Positions 53,161 through 64,000 of a stretch of DNA of 64,000 nt are shown here, piece after piece (within the stretch, counting starts at the first letter, position 1; each line of letters starts with the position of its first letter). Made by a program: the position numbers and the translations under genes. Origin of the DNA: Ruditapes philippinarum. Its lineage: Eukaryota. The notes under the pieces were generated by a model. That model worked only from the letters and a program-made list of their open reading frames with translations, was not told the origin of the DNA and searched no databases. The stretch lies in NCBI RefSeq assembly GCF_026571515.1, contig NW_026863897.1, positions 1-64,000 of the forward strand. The letters are read 5' to 3'.

Positions 53161-53636
53161 AATACTTTGAAGAATTGTGAAACAACGAATAATCGCTTTT
53201 AAAACAGGTTTTATGTTTTTAAAGATTGAATTAATTTATAACTCACATAAATTGTGTAGTTGTATTCCGATCAGTTTGCAGTATTATATTTTATATAAAG
53301 GATTGATATGCTCTGATACATATATGTAAGTATAAATTCTTAACTTAAACATCGTTAAATAGTTTTTTTATTGTCGGTTTTTGTGGAAAATATACGAATA
53401 TATTACAATTTTAATGTTATCGATTTGTTCACTTGTTTAAAGTCACATAAAATGTTATATTGGGAAGCTTTGCAAATGAGGCATATTAGGGTAATCTAAT
53501 GCTAAATTGACAGTTATCTTACGGGCGTTTTGTCCTTAAATTTCTATTATTTATTTTATCTGAAAATCATGAAATTATTGGCAAAGCAAGAACTAAACAA
53601 GTATAAAACAATCGTCGGTTAAAGAAACTGATATAA

Positions 53637-53808
53637 GAAAATTATCAGACATGTAATTAAATCCTATATGAAATCATTTTCTTATTTTACAAATACGGAA
53701 ACTAATATATAAATTATAATTATTATAGAGTAAAATATATATCAATTCCATGATTGATACAATATTCTATAAGAACACAATGTATTGGAATCATCAACCT
53801 AAAGATTA
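53637..53808. repeat. Local duplication, second copy at about 54159-54317
   Basis: AGAAAATTATCAGACATGTAATTAAATCCTATATGAAATCATTTTCT...TTACAAATACGGAAACTAATATATAA is shared. Confidence 0.85.
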
Positions 53809-55345
53809 TGAAAAAGACCAAATGCATTTTGTACATGAAATTTAGTTGAATTTTAAACAATGTCAACAATTTTATTTTTAGAATTAACAAAAGCAGCTTT
53901 TTCACCTAAAGCCTCGTCTAAAATGATAATTTAATCTGGTCTTTCTGTCAGTCGAAATAAAATAGCAATTCCGGTTTACTTATGTTTCAATAAATCGCAT
54001 CACTCGATTATTATTTTAGTTTGACTTACGGTATATTAAATAAAACAAACATGGAACACATATCACGATTCATGCCATTAGGAATTGTGTTTTTGAAAGT
54101 ACTGACAAAGGAAGAATTTTACAAATCTAAAGAATCATCGATTAAAGAAACAGATGTCAGAAAATTATCAGACATGTAATTAAATCCTATATGAAATCAT
54201 TTTCTCATTTTACAAATACGGAAACTAATATATAATAATGTAAAATGTATATCAATTTCATGATTGATAAAATATCCTATTAGTACAGAATGTATTCGAA
54301 ACATCAACTTAAAGATTTAAATACTATCATAACAGTTCAGAAAATATATTCTTCTTTTTTTCGAATAAACGTGGGCAATTTTTTTTAATCACAGACAGAG
54401 TAGTGTTTTCATATTAACATAAATAGTATTCTACAAAACCGGTAACAAAAATGGCGCCCATTGTGTTTCTCAGATCGTAAAAGTATGATAAAATAATTTC
54501 GATTTTTTTCTCCTTTTCGAAAACATTTCTTGAATGGTCTCTTCTTTTATTTTTTGTACAGAACTTCTGGACTTGTTTTAAAAACAACTAAATCTGAGAA
54601 CAACAAATACTTCTCCTAAGAAATGCAAATGCAATTTTTTTAATATACCCTCATCTCACAATATCATTTTACTGCTGAAAATATTGCGGATTGCGGTTTG
54701 ACGCGAGTTACAACCTCGTTGTACAATAGATTTAAAGAGGCAAGATTTAAAAGCTACTAATTAATTGAAACCTCCCACAACTGTAACTCTTACATCTTTC
54801 AAGACATGATCATAAAAATACCACTCGTTTTTTCTACAATAAAATACAAAGAAACGCACGAGATGCAGATATTACCCTTGATCCCTGTAACATTTTAATT
54901 ATAACGTGCGGTATTTGGGCGTTTTTTGTTACGACTCCTTTTTTAAAACATTTTTTTTGGAGAAAAGAAAGGGGAAAAAAAGAAGCTCTTCTTAATAAGG
55001 CATTTTTACTTTGATATGGTTTCCATGTGTACATTAAATCACTATTGATTGTTCCTTACAAAGAAACTATCCGACATTTTGTTTTTTGTTTTTTTAGTTA
55101 AGATTTTCTTATCATTTTATAGTTTTAAATTTATAGCTGAATGTTTTAAAATGATAAATTAATAAAACTCAAATGACAAGATGTGATTACATATTCATAA
55201 TTTTTTACATCGCACCAACACAGTCATATGACAACTTTTCAGCTTTACTGGTGGAGGAAAACGTCAGTTGTCCCTCCGTACTTTATTTCACAAGCACGAG
55301 CGGGCACCTGCGTATAAACACTGACGTTCTTGATGTTTATACTAT

Positions 55346-56450
55346 ATATATATTTAAATGTAAAATATATGACTTAAAACCTAGAATTTATTGCCAATTG
55401 TTTGATGCTTTTGTTGGTTCAATTTTAGGTTACGCTTCTGAAATATGGGGTTTTACAAAGTCTAAAGAATTAGAACGAATCCATTTGAAGTTTTGTAAAC
55501 GAATATTAAACGTTAGGTTAAATTCTAGTAATGCAGCTGTTTATGGAGAGTTGGGAAGATATCCGTTGTATATAAACCGTTATGTTAGGGTACTAAAATA
55601 CTTTTTTAAAATTAGCTCGAGTGAAAACATAATTATAAGATCTGTTTATAAAATGAGCGCTAACGACTGTAATAATGGTTATACAAATTGGGTTTCTCAT
55701 GTTAAGAGGATGTTAGATAATTACGGATTCTCACATGTATTTGAGAACCCTAGTTCTGTAAATGTTAACGCATTTATTTATGAATTTAAATGTAGATTGA
55801 TAGATACTTTTAAGCAAGAATGGTATGGAAATATTAACACAAACTCTGTCTTGAATATGTATAGAATATTTAAAACTACACTTGAATATGAAATATACTT
55901 AGATTTATTACCAAGGAAATTACGCACTTATTTGGTTAAACTTAGAACTTCTTTACATCCATTGAGAATACAAACAGGGAGATATACTCGTAATTATTTA
56001 CCAAGAAACGAAAGATATTGCTTATGTTGTAACACAAGAGATATTGAAGATGAATTCCACTTTATTTGTATATGTAATTGCTATTCTCAAATAAGAAAGA
56101 AATATATCAAACGTTTTTATTTTGTCAATCCATCTGTTTTTAAATTTCATGATTTGCTTACTTCTTCAAATAAAAACGATATTGTTAATTTGTGCAAATA
56201 TATGAAAGAGGCATTTATTATTCGAAATTCATTTATAAATAATATGACCTGATGCGCTGTAGTATACTTATTACCTTACTGTCTTTGTTATACATGTATG
56301 CAGTATATGTAAATATATGTTAAAGTGCATTTGATTAAACTTTTGTAATATGTTCTAGATATGTGACATGTTTAACATTGATGTTTATGTATTAAGATGA
56401 TATACTTATGTATAAGTCTAATAAAATGTCTGTTCTGTTCTGTTCTGTTC
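55346..56450 (+). mobile_element. 5'-truncated non-LTR retrotransposon (post-RT/thumb region and C-terminal Cys/His domain) with (TGTTC)n tail
   Basis: Open frame ...LGYASEIWG...LERIHLKFCKRILNV...VYGELGRYPL...LRIQTGRY...ERYCLCC...EDEFHFICIC to TGA 56252; AATAAA then (TGTTC)4; possible TACTAT target-site duplication (55340-55345 / 56451-56456). Confidence 0.92.
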
Positions 56451-59400
56451 TACTATTACTTTGCTTCTTATGTTTGCAGGACTGTTTTTAGTCAAGTATT
56501 TTTGAAAAACAACAACAACAACATTATACAATATGAGCTGGTGTAAATAAAAAACAAAAATCATAAGAGATTTTTTGAAGATGTTTTATCTTTTACTAGA
56601 TAACATTTTTTACAATGTATACATAATTAATGAGTAAGATAATAAAGAAAATGAATTACTTATTTAATTAACAAATAAACAAGTAAATGATTTTTAAATT
56701 GCAATATACTAACCTAAGGTGAAAAAACACACAGACAAAATTCGGCAATTATGTTATTTGTTTATTTAAACTTTGCAATTTTCCATTTTAGCGCATTTAG
56801 TTTAATTTATATATACAGCTTCCATAATTTGTTCTTTCTGCTAGAAAACACGTTTCTTGACAAAGTCACGAGGAATGTGATATTTTATATTCATATCAAT
56901 ATTGTATAAATTACTTTATAATTATATTTTACATTAAGTATCTGCATTAAAGTCAGATTTAAGAATAAAGGATAAGAAGATCTGTAGTTTCATTCCATAT
57001 TTGCATATTTATAAAGTTAGTTTTTAAAAAGAATACTAGTTTATAATTCATATGTCAAATACTAATTGTTCGCATCTGTCGCCTCATTTTTCCTGCAGCG
57101 AAATTATGTTTTCACAAAAAATAATGAAAATAATGAAATTAGCTTGTGACCCCTGTTGAAATGATGTTTTCATTTTTCATGTCCACTGCATTAATTGTGA
57201 CAGTTTTTCAATGTGTCCTGGGGTAACTTAATAATTTGCAACGGTTAAAGTGGGTGGAGAATAATACTGAAGTGAATGAAGTGTAATTTAAAATGTCCCT
57301 CATGTTAAATATTTCATTCTTTCCATATCTGTTTAGCATTTCATGATAAAAGAACATTTATTGATGTATGAAATGTTAGTATAGTATAACATATTTAGTT
57401 TTCCTTTACAGTTTCATGAAAAACACAACACACAATATCACCCCGCCTTTTAAAAAAAACTTGTCTCATGTATAAAGTTAAAAGATCCGTGAATTTAACT
57501 CGGTAACTAATTACATTTAGAATTTGATTGATCACTAGACTACAGTAGTCACATAAAATACGAGTGGCAAAGAATAAGACAGACACGGGACCAAGACATA
57601 GCTCTCGTTAACTGATGTAATCCAAGACTGTTCCGCACAATGACAATTAGATTCTGTTTACATAACATTCAATTACAAGACGAGGGTGTTACTATGACAC
57701 CAAACACCTCGTGATTAGTAAACGCATGCCGTACGTAACGAAAAACCGTATATTTTTCGGCAGTTAATAAAACTATCATCAATTAAAATCAATTAAGAAT
57801 AAAGAGTCAATGACACGACGTTACAGTTCTGTAAATAAACGGAATTGACGAATTGCTGTTATATCAATTATGTCATTTATCTTCTGCCAGATGACATTGG
57901 TTGGAAATTATTAAAAATACTTCAGGAAATGTTACACTTCGTTGGTACGGAAATTAACCATTCATCTCTTTATAAAAAAGGCACAATTAAATGATTGCTT
58001 TATAAAGTAAAATGAATATGTTCATACAAGGAAGATCTATTCTTATATTTCATTCGTCATTATTATTTGACAAAGTTCTTCATTTGCATCAGACTGTTTA
58101 GAATACGAGTATAACGTAATGCTGGAAGAAAATGTGTAACATGCAACAACATAGTGGATATACAGAAGAAAAAAAATCCGAATGATCTGTGGTGGTTAAC
58201 CGTGTAAATATGGCAATTTCTCTTAAATAGAATATTAGTGTCACATAAAAGCTAGATAACATATTATGTGAGCAAATTCGTTTCATATTTCCTTACGCTA
58301 AAATAGTATCAATTAAAACGTTTTTGTTTTATTTTAATGTGGACAAAAATGTTGAGTGCAGTTCGGATTGATTGGAATTTCTTGAAGAAGGGATCGGAAC
58401 TACTTAAAGAAACTTGTTTTTGATATATACAAAGTAATGCAAGCAGAGTAAATAATTATAAATATATTTCTGTACAAAAGCATCATTTTAGAAATGTTAT
58501 ATTTTAAGTTGAATTTTCAATTCAGAATTAAAAATCAATACACTGTGTCAGCTAAAAATGTGCACAATTAGATCGATCATATAAAACATTTTACATATAT
58601 TTCATACAATATATTTAAGAAACGAAAAAGTAAAAAAATATAACTAGCATCAAAATAAATATTGATATATAATATATGAAGTTCATGTACTTTGCCGTTA
58701 TAGCATCGACTTATTTTGATTATACGAGAATTTTTATTTATAATTTCAGCAGGCTAAGTGTACATGAAGATTCAACAATGGATAGTTTATAGAATCATAG
58801 TCATGCACGAGATGTGAAGGGCAAAATTATGACGTCATGAAAATAGGACGTGCCATTGTATCAAATTTGAAAAGAAGAACTTTTCAACTACATTGAAAAA
58901 ATATGCATAAACAATAAGATTAAGAGTACCAACTCCTAAACAATATTATTATCATTTTCTATGATTTTATCTATTGTTTTCTTACTTAACGACTTTTTTC
59001 ATCTGATTAGTGAATCAGGAAATATATTTTAATGCATTCATTTTAGTTATTCATGTAACACCAATAATTGACAATTTGTAATCTTAAACAAGGAAAAACG
59101 TTTTATTCTTGCTACGAAATTATACACCTTGTTCTATTTCATTAGTACTATAATATTTCCCTGTCGGTTTATAATACCCAGCCTGGACGATAAAACACGT
59201 AGTTACATAATTCTTTCGACAAATACACCAAAATAATCCCCACAAACCCCGATAACGGTATAGACGAATGAAAAACTCTTTTTAAAGAAAAATGCGATCT
59301 TGTGTTTCTTTTAATGGATAATATGGACTTAAGCACCTGCCGAAACACCAGCCATCTGTATCCAATTCAGAAGATGTTTCAATTTATCAAAGAAATTGCC

Positions 59401-61774
59401 CATTCAGTATGTTCAACTAGGCAACAGCGATATGATTAAGTTGCTCATAAGGGTTTCTAAATAGGCAAAAGTTTGCTCCTTTCAAGTAATTATATCCTTT
59501 AAGGTCGATGGTTACAGAAGAGGGCAACTGAAAAGAAAAGAAAGGACAACTAATAAATACTGTTTTTATAGTCTCTTAACCATGGAAAGCGTATCACGCC
59601 GACGGTATTCATGCGTGCAATCATGTTATCTCCGAAATTAAGTAATTTGAAGTAATATTTAAATCCGATTTGATTTCAATCAAAATATTATGCCTTTGTT
59701 TCGCTAAAAAGATACCATCATTTTATTATTTATTTTACTTCGCCTTGCTGACGAAAACTCGAAGACGAATAATAGTATTCTCTAAAATAATAATAATTTT
59801 CAACCTTAAAAAGTATTATATTAAAGTAATCGAAAATCATTTTTTCGCTCACAGTTTACGCTCTTATTTGACCGTAAATATGTAAATGAAGAAAGAAAGA
59901 AAGAAAAAAAATAACGATTTCTTTATAAAATTCTATATATTTTCTTTCTTGAAATCTAGCATTTTGTCGCATTGCTTGCTTAATAAAGCATTGATTTTCT
60001 GTATTCTCAATTATGTAAAAGAATAAGAGACTAATTAGACTTATAAAAATTAAGAAATATTGCTTAGGTTTAATAAATATAGAGACATTTGTTATAACAA
60101 ATAGAGGTTACAAAAGTTACTACACTTGTACTATTATTGATTCTACGCCAACAAATCGGTGTATATCTATGCTGCCTAAAGTTTACAAAATTGTTGTTTG
60201 AAATTTGAAAAAAAAATCTTTAAAGTGCCTGTATGGAAAAAATGGTAGCAAAATGCCTCAAAAGCGAATGACCCATGCACGAAATCATTGCTAAACTGAT
60301 AAAACCCTACTTTAAATAGCATAATAATATTTTGGTCAGGAACATTTTATTCTGTTTGCGTACGATATTCTGTGTTAAATAACAAAAACATTCAATGTAA
60401 CAACTCTTCCTAGAATCCACCATGAGATTATGGAAACAATATAATATGACAGTTGATAAAATTTAAAAAAAAATCCCACAAGATATAACTTTATACCATT
60501 TATACCATTTCATCTTGTAAATTAATTCCGGGAATATACATGAATCTTTAAAAATCAGATAGTCCAGTGTTAATTTTATCAATTGTTCTTTTTATCCTCA
60601 ACAACATAATATCTACTTTTATCGTTTCAAAATCACATTTTGATAACATATTACGGCATATAAATGTTTACTTGACAGTGTATTTAAAATATATCAATAT
60701 GTTTATAAACTTTGTTTTGTAAATATATTGTTTTGATTGATATATTGTATCATTTTTGTATGATTATTTACCACGTACAAGTCAAATTAAGATTTTGTTG
60801 TGCTTTGTTCTGTCTTTGGAATGGAATCGGTTTTAAATGTTTTCAAATACGTACAGTTAACAGATACCAAACTAGAGAATCCGACTACAGATTTTTCCTT
60901 ACAAAACAGGCTACATCCTAATATTATTTCCTGGCTTGTTTTGAAATCGAAAGCAGCGCAATAAATTAACAATACGGAAGAAGCGTGGCATATGATTACA
61001 AATTATGAAACTCATAAAGTTATCATCGAAAAGACAGTTAATCAAGAGGCTTTGTGAATTACAAATGAAAGTTAACCCCATGCATCTGTTATCCTGTCAA
61101 ACACAGAAAAGTACCGTTAATACACAAAACCACTTATGGAAATTAACCAGGCATTATATTACGCAGTCAAATTATAGAATTTATATAAATCTTAAAGCGA
61201 TCAAGGATTACCGTTCCTTTTAACTGAAATTAAACTTCACTTTTTAACAATTTATTGCTCTCGTAGAAAATTTGCATCAAATCAAGAAAGAAAACCAAAT
61301 ATTTAAAAGATAGGATGAAATAATCCTGCTGTTAATTAGCGTAAATAGAAAGACCGTAGAATGTTAATTTAATCATAATTTGATAAAACCGACATTTGTG
61401 TCATTATTTTACATGTTTTTGTACAATTGTGAGTGACTCTAATAGAAAACTTTGCAGGTTGGATCATTTATAATTTATTTTACTGTAATATTCAAGCGGG
61501 TAGTTTTCAACTAGGGTAAAATAAACATATAATATACCAGAATATACATGTATGATAGAATAAATAGCAGTAATTATAATAATTACGATATATTAGAACA
61601 CGGATTTTGCACAAACTCGAGAGTCGACTGTTAGTAATTTCTTACTCAAATATTTTGTTCACAGTTTATTAATATATATGGAAGGGATACAGTTTATAAA
61701 ATAAAAGGAATTAAATGCAGGTACAATGAACTTTTGCTATGTCATGTTGTTACTAAAATAAATTGTAGATATGT

Positions 61775-61900
61775 TTTTTTACAGGAGAGAGTTTCATATA
61801 AGCTCCAAGCTTTCTACTCAATCCTGAATGAAATTTATATATTGTAATATTGTCTGTAAATATTGATGAAGAAATAAATATTGTTTAAACAAAAATAAAA
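61775..61900 (+). mobile_element. Probable LINE/SINE 3'-tail remnant
   Basis: CAGGAGAG...ATAAGCTCCAAGCTT...TCCTG stem-loop followed by AATAAA and an A-rich tail; resembles LINE 3' ends. Confidence 0.35.
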
Positions 61901-62449
61901 TGAATTAAACAACTCAAAAAAGTAGTTAAAAGAAACATACATGTATTAGATTATAGCTATTCGACCAAAAAGGCAATTTGTCATACAGCTATAACAGTAC
62001 AACAATCACAAGTTTAAAGTTATATGTAAGGAAAGCGTGTATTCATTCAGTAAACTTTACTGCCTGTTTCGCCCATATAAGTACATATAACATACACTTA
62101 ATGATACATGAATTAACATACTGATATGTATTTTAGTTTACAAATTATTAACGATATTGAAACACGGCATACTTCTTAATTTTATATAAAAAATTGACGT
62201 CGCTAAATGGCATTGTGTATCAGCAATTTTAAATTAAAACTTGTTATAAAACACTTGAAAAGTTCAGGCATTTAAACCTTACTCTTTTAAGGTTATTTTG
62301 CACTGATACAGACGAATAAACAATCATATAAAACAATTCTTTAAACGTTTACTTTGTCTAAATATTGTAAGTGTTAGTTGTGCAAAATTAAAAAGTTCAT
62401 AACATAAATGTTTCATTCTAGCCAACTAGAAAGTGAAGCCGGACTTGTA

Positions 62450-62744
62450 NNNNNNNNNNNNNNNNNNNNNNNNNNNNNNNNNNNNNNNNNNNNNNNNNNN
62501 NNNNNNNNNNNNNNNNNNNNNNNNNNNNNNNNNNNNNNNNNNNNNNNNNNNNNNNNNNNNNNNNNNNNNNNNNNNNNNNNNNNNNNNNNNNNNNNNNNNN
62601 NNNNNNNNNNNNNNNNNNNNNNNNNNNNNNNNNNNNNNNNNNNNNNNNNNNNNNNNNNNNNNNNNNNNNNNNNNNNNNNNNNNNNNNNNNNNNNNNNNNN
62701 NNNNNNNNNNNNNNNNNNNNNNNNNNNNNNNNNNNNNNNNNNNN
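62450..62744. other. Assembly gap (295 N)
   Basis: Run of N. Confidence 1.
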
Positions 62745-63513
62745 AATATAATAAGAAATCAAATTTGGCAATAAAAATCGTTTTTATTTGTTTGGGTCGT
62801 CAGACCAAACAAATAATGGTAGCGAAATTTCAGAGTCTAATGTTCTTAATTGCAAACGCCGAAAGTAGTCCACTTTTTTGAAGCGGTTACTTCCCTTTTG
62901 TATGTACACTAAAGCCGAAAAATTCAGGGGAGATCACTGAGTAAAGATGGTCAAAGACAGGCGCATCAATTTTCAAGCAAAGTAATTCCCGAATGGTCGA
63001 AGATTTCTAATATTGTTTTATTGTATTTTCTGATCGAAAATAACTAAATACAAAGCGGACATTCAATCTCTGACACAGAAATTTACGACAAACCTAAGAA
63101 CAAGTAGTTCTCAAAACAGCTTAAAACTATCGATTTAAAAGAAAGAAATATTTTATTTTGTTACAAGTATCCAACAAATTACAACGCATTTAAAGTTAAA
63201 CAATAGCGTTGGCTTATAGAATTGTCAATAAATGCACAATCACAAATTACGCGGATGAATATGATTTTATCAATGAAAATACTATTTTTAGCCATGTAGA
63301 TTACCGAATACTACACAATCCGAGTAGTGGTATATATAGATTCTACATGTCAGACTGTTTGGGCGAGAGGATTTTCGCTAAAATATTTACTTTAATTTTA
63401 AACAACAGGTTTACCCTGAACAAAATACCTCGAAATTAATAAGGATTACAAACCTGAATGCAATGGAAGTTCTAAATTTAGAATGACTTGATATTATTCA
63501 GACATTGTGTATA

Positions 63514-63600
63514 ACCTCTCCGCGGTACAGTGGTAACGCGCTCGCTTAGAGAGTGAGAGGTCTCGAGTTCGAATCCAAGTCGAGGAAATTTTTTTTTTTT
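63514..63600 (+). pseudogene. tRNA-like pseudogene or SINE head followed by oligo-T
   Basis: A-box-like GGTACAGTGGTAA, anticodon-like arm CTCGC-TTAGAGA-GTGAG, B-box GTTCGAATCC, T12 run at 63589-63600. Acceptor and T stems pair poorly. Confidence 0.6.
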
Positions 63601-64000
63601 GTTAAACTCTTTTTAAGTGTTTTTGTTAAGGAAGTAGCCATGATTTACAAGGATAAAGTGTGGCTGTCGTAAAAAAAGTACATAAATGATTTTTTGATGC
63701 AACTCTAGTTATGCAGAATTCCGTATGTGCCTTACAAAATGAATTATAATACATAAAAATAAACTTATACAGGAAAATGCATACAGATATACAGTACGAT
63801 TTAGATTGCAAAGATCAGAAAATATCACAGAACTTGCAGCCCTTTGATTCTTTATAAATATACATGCTTAAGCTTCAGGATTATTTACATCTGTGTTAAA
63901 CAACAGTTAAAAGTCGTTACAAGCCCTAATTTAGAATAATATGGTTTTCTTCAGGCCGTTCACATATAAATTTAACCGTGGCTGAAGGGTTTTCGGGCTT

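Noticed and set aside
50910-53905. Twin MKKLLLLILK signal-peptide-like ORFs
   Set aside because: Non-ATG (GTG) starts inside an AT-rich local duplication; frames diverge by indel.

Overview
AT-rich eukaryotic (invertebrate) genomic DNA with two assembly gaps (16221-16370, 62450-62744). The repeat types suggest a bivalve mollusc; this is an inference. Two spliced genes can be rebuilt by hand with consistent GT-AG phases. (1) The ParaHox gene Xlox/Pdx lies on the minus strand: exon 1 (43079-43598) carries the FPWMK hexapeptide, exon 2 (16644-17092) the homeodomain, with one 25,986-bp intron and a 322-aa product. (2) A convergent 10-exon plus-strand gene (1320-10127, 593 aa), mostly missed by the ORF track, encodes a predicted secreted protein: signal peptide, two 12-Cys Ly6/uPAR (three-finger)-like domains, a Ser/Thr mucin-like stalk and a His-rich vWA domain with a MIDAS motif. 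It sits 3' of Xlox, where Cdx lies in intact ParaHox clusters. The rest is non-coding: two 5'-truncated LINEs, several MITE/TIR elements (Harbinger-, Kolobok-, Crypton- and Helentron-like, plus a foldback), SINE/tRNA-derived pieces, 24-, 32- and 39-bp minisatellites, local duplications, and GATA/FoxA/TALE/homeodomain motif clusters that are candidate Xlox cis-regulatory modules. Neither Gsx nor Cdx is visible in the window.
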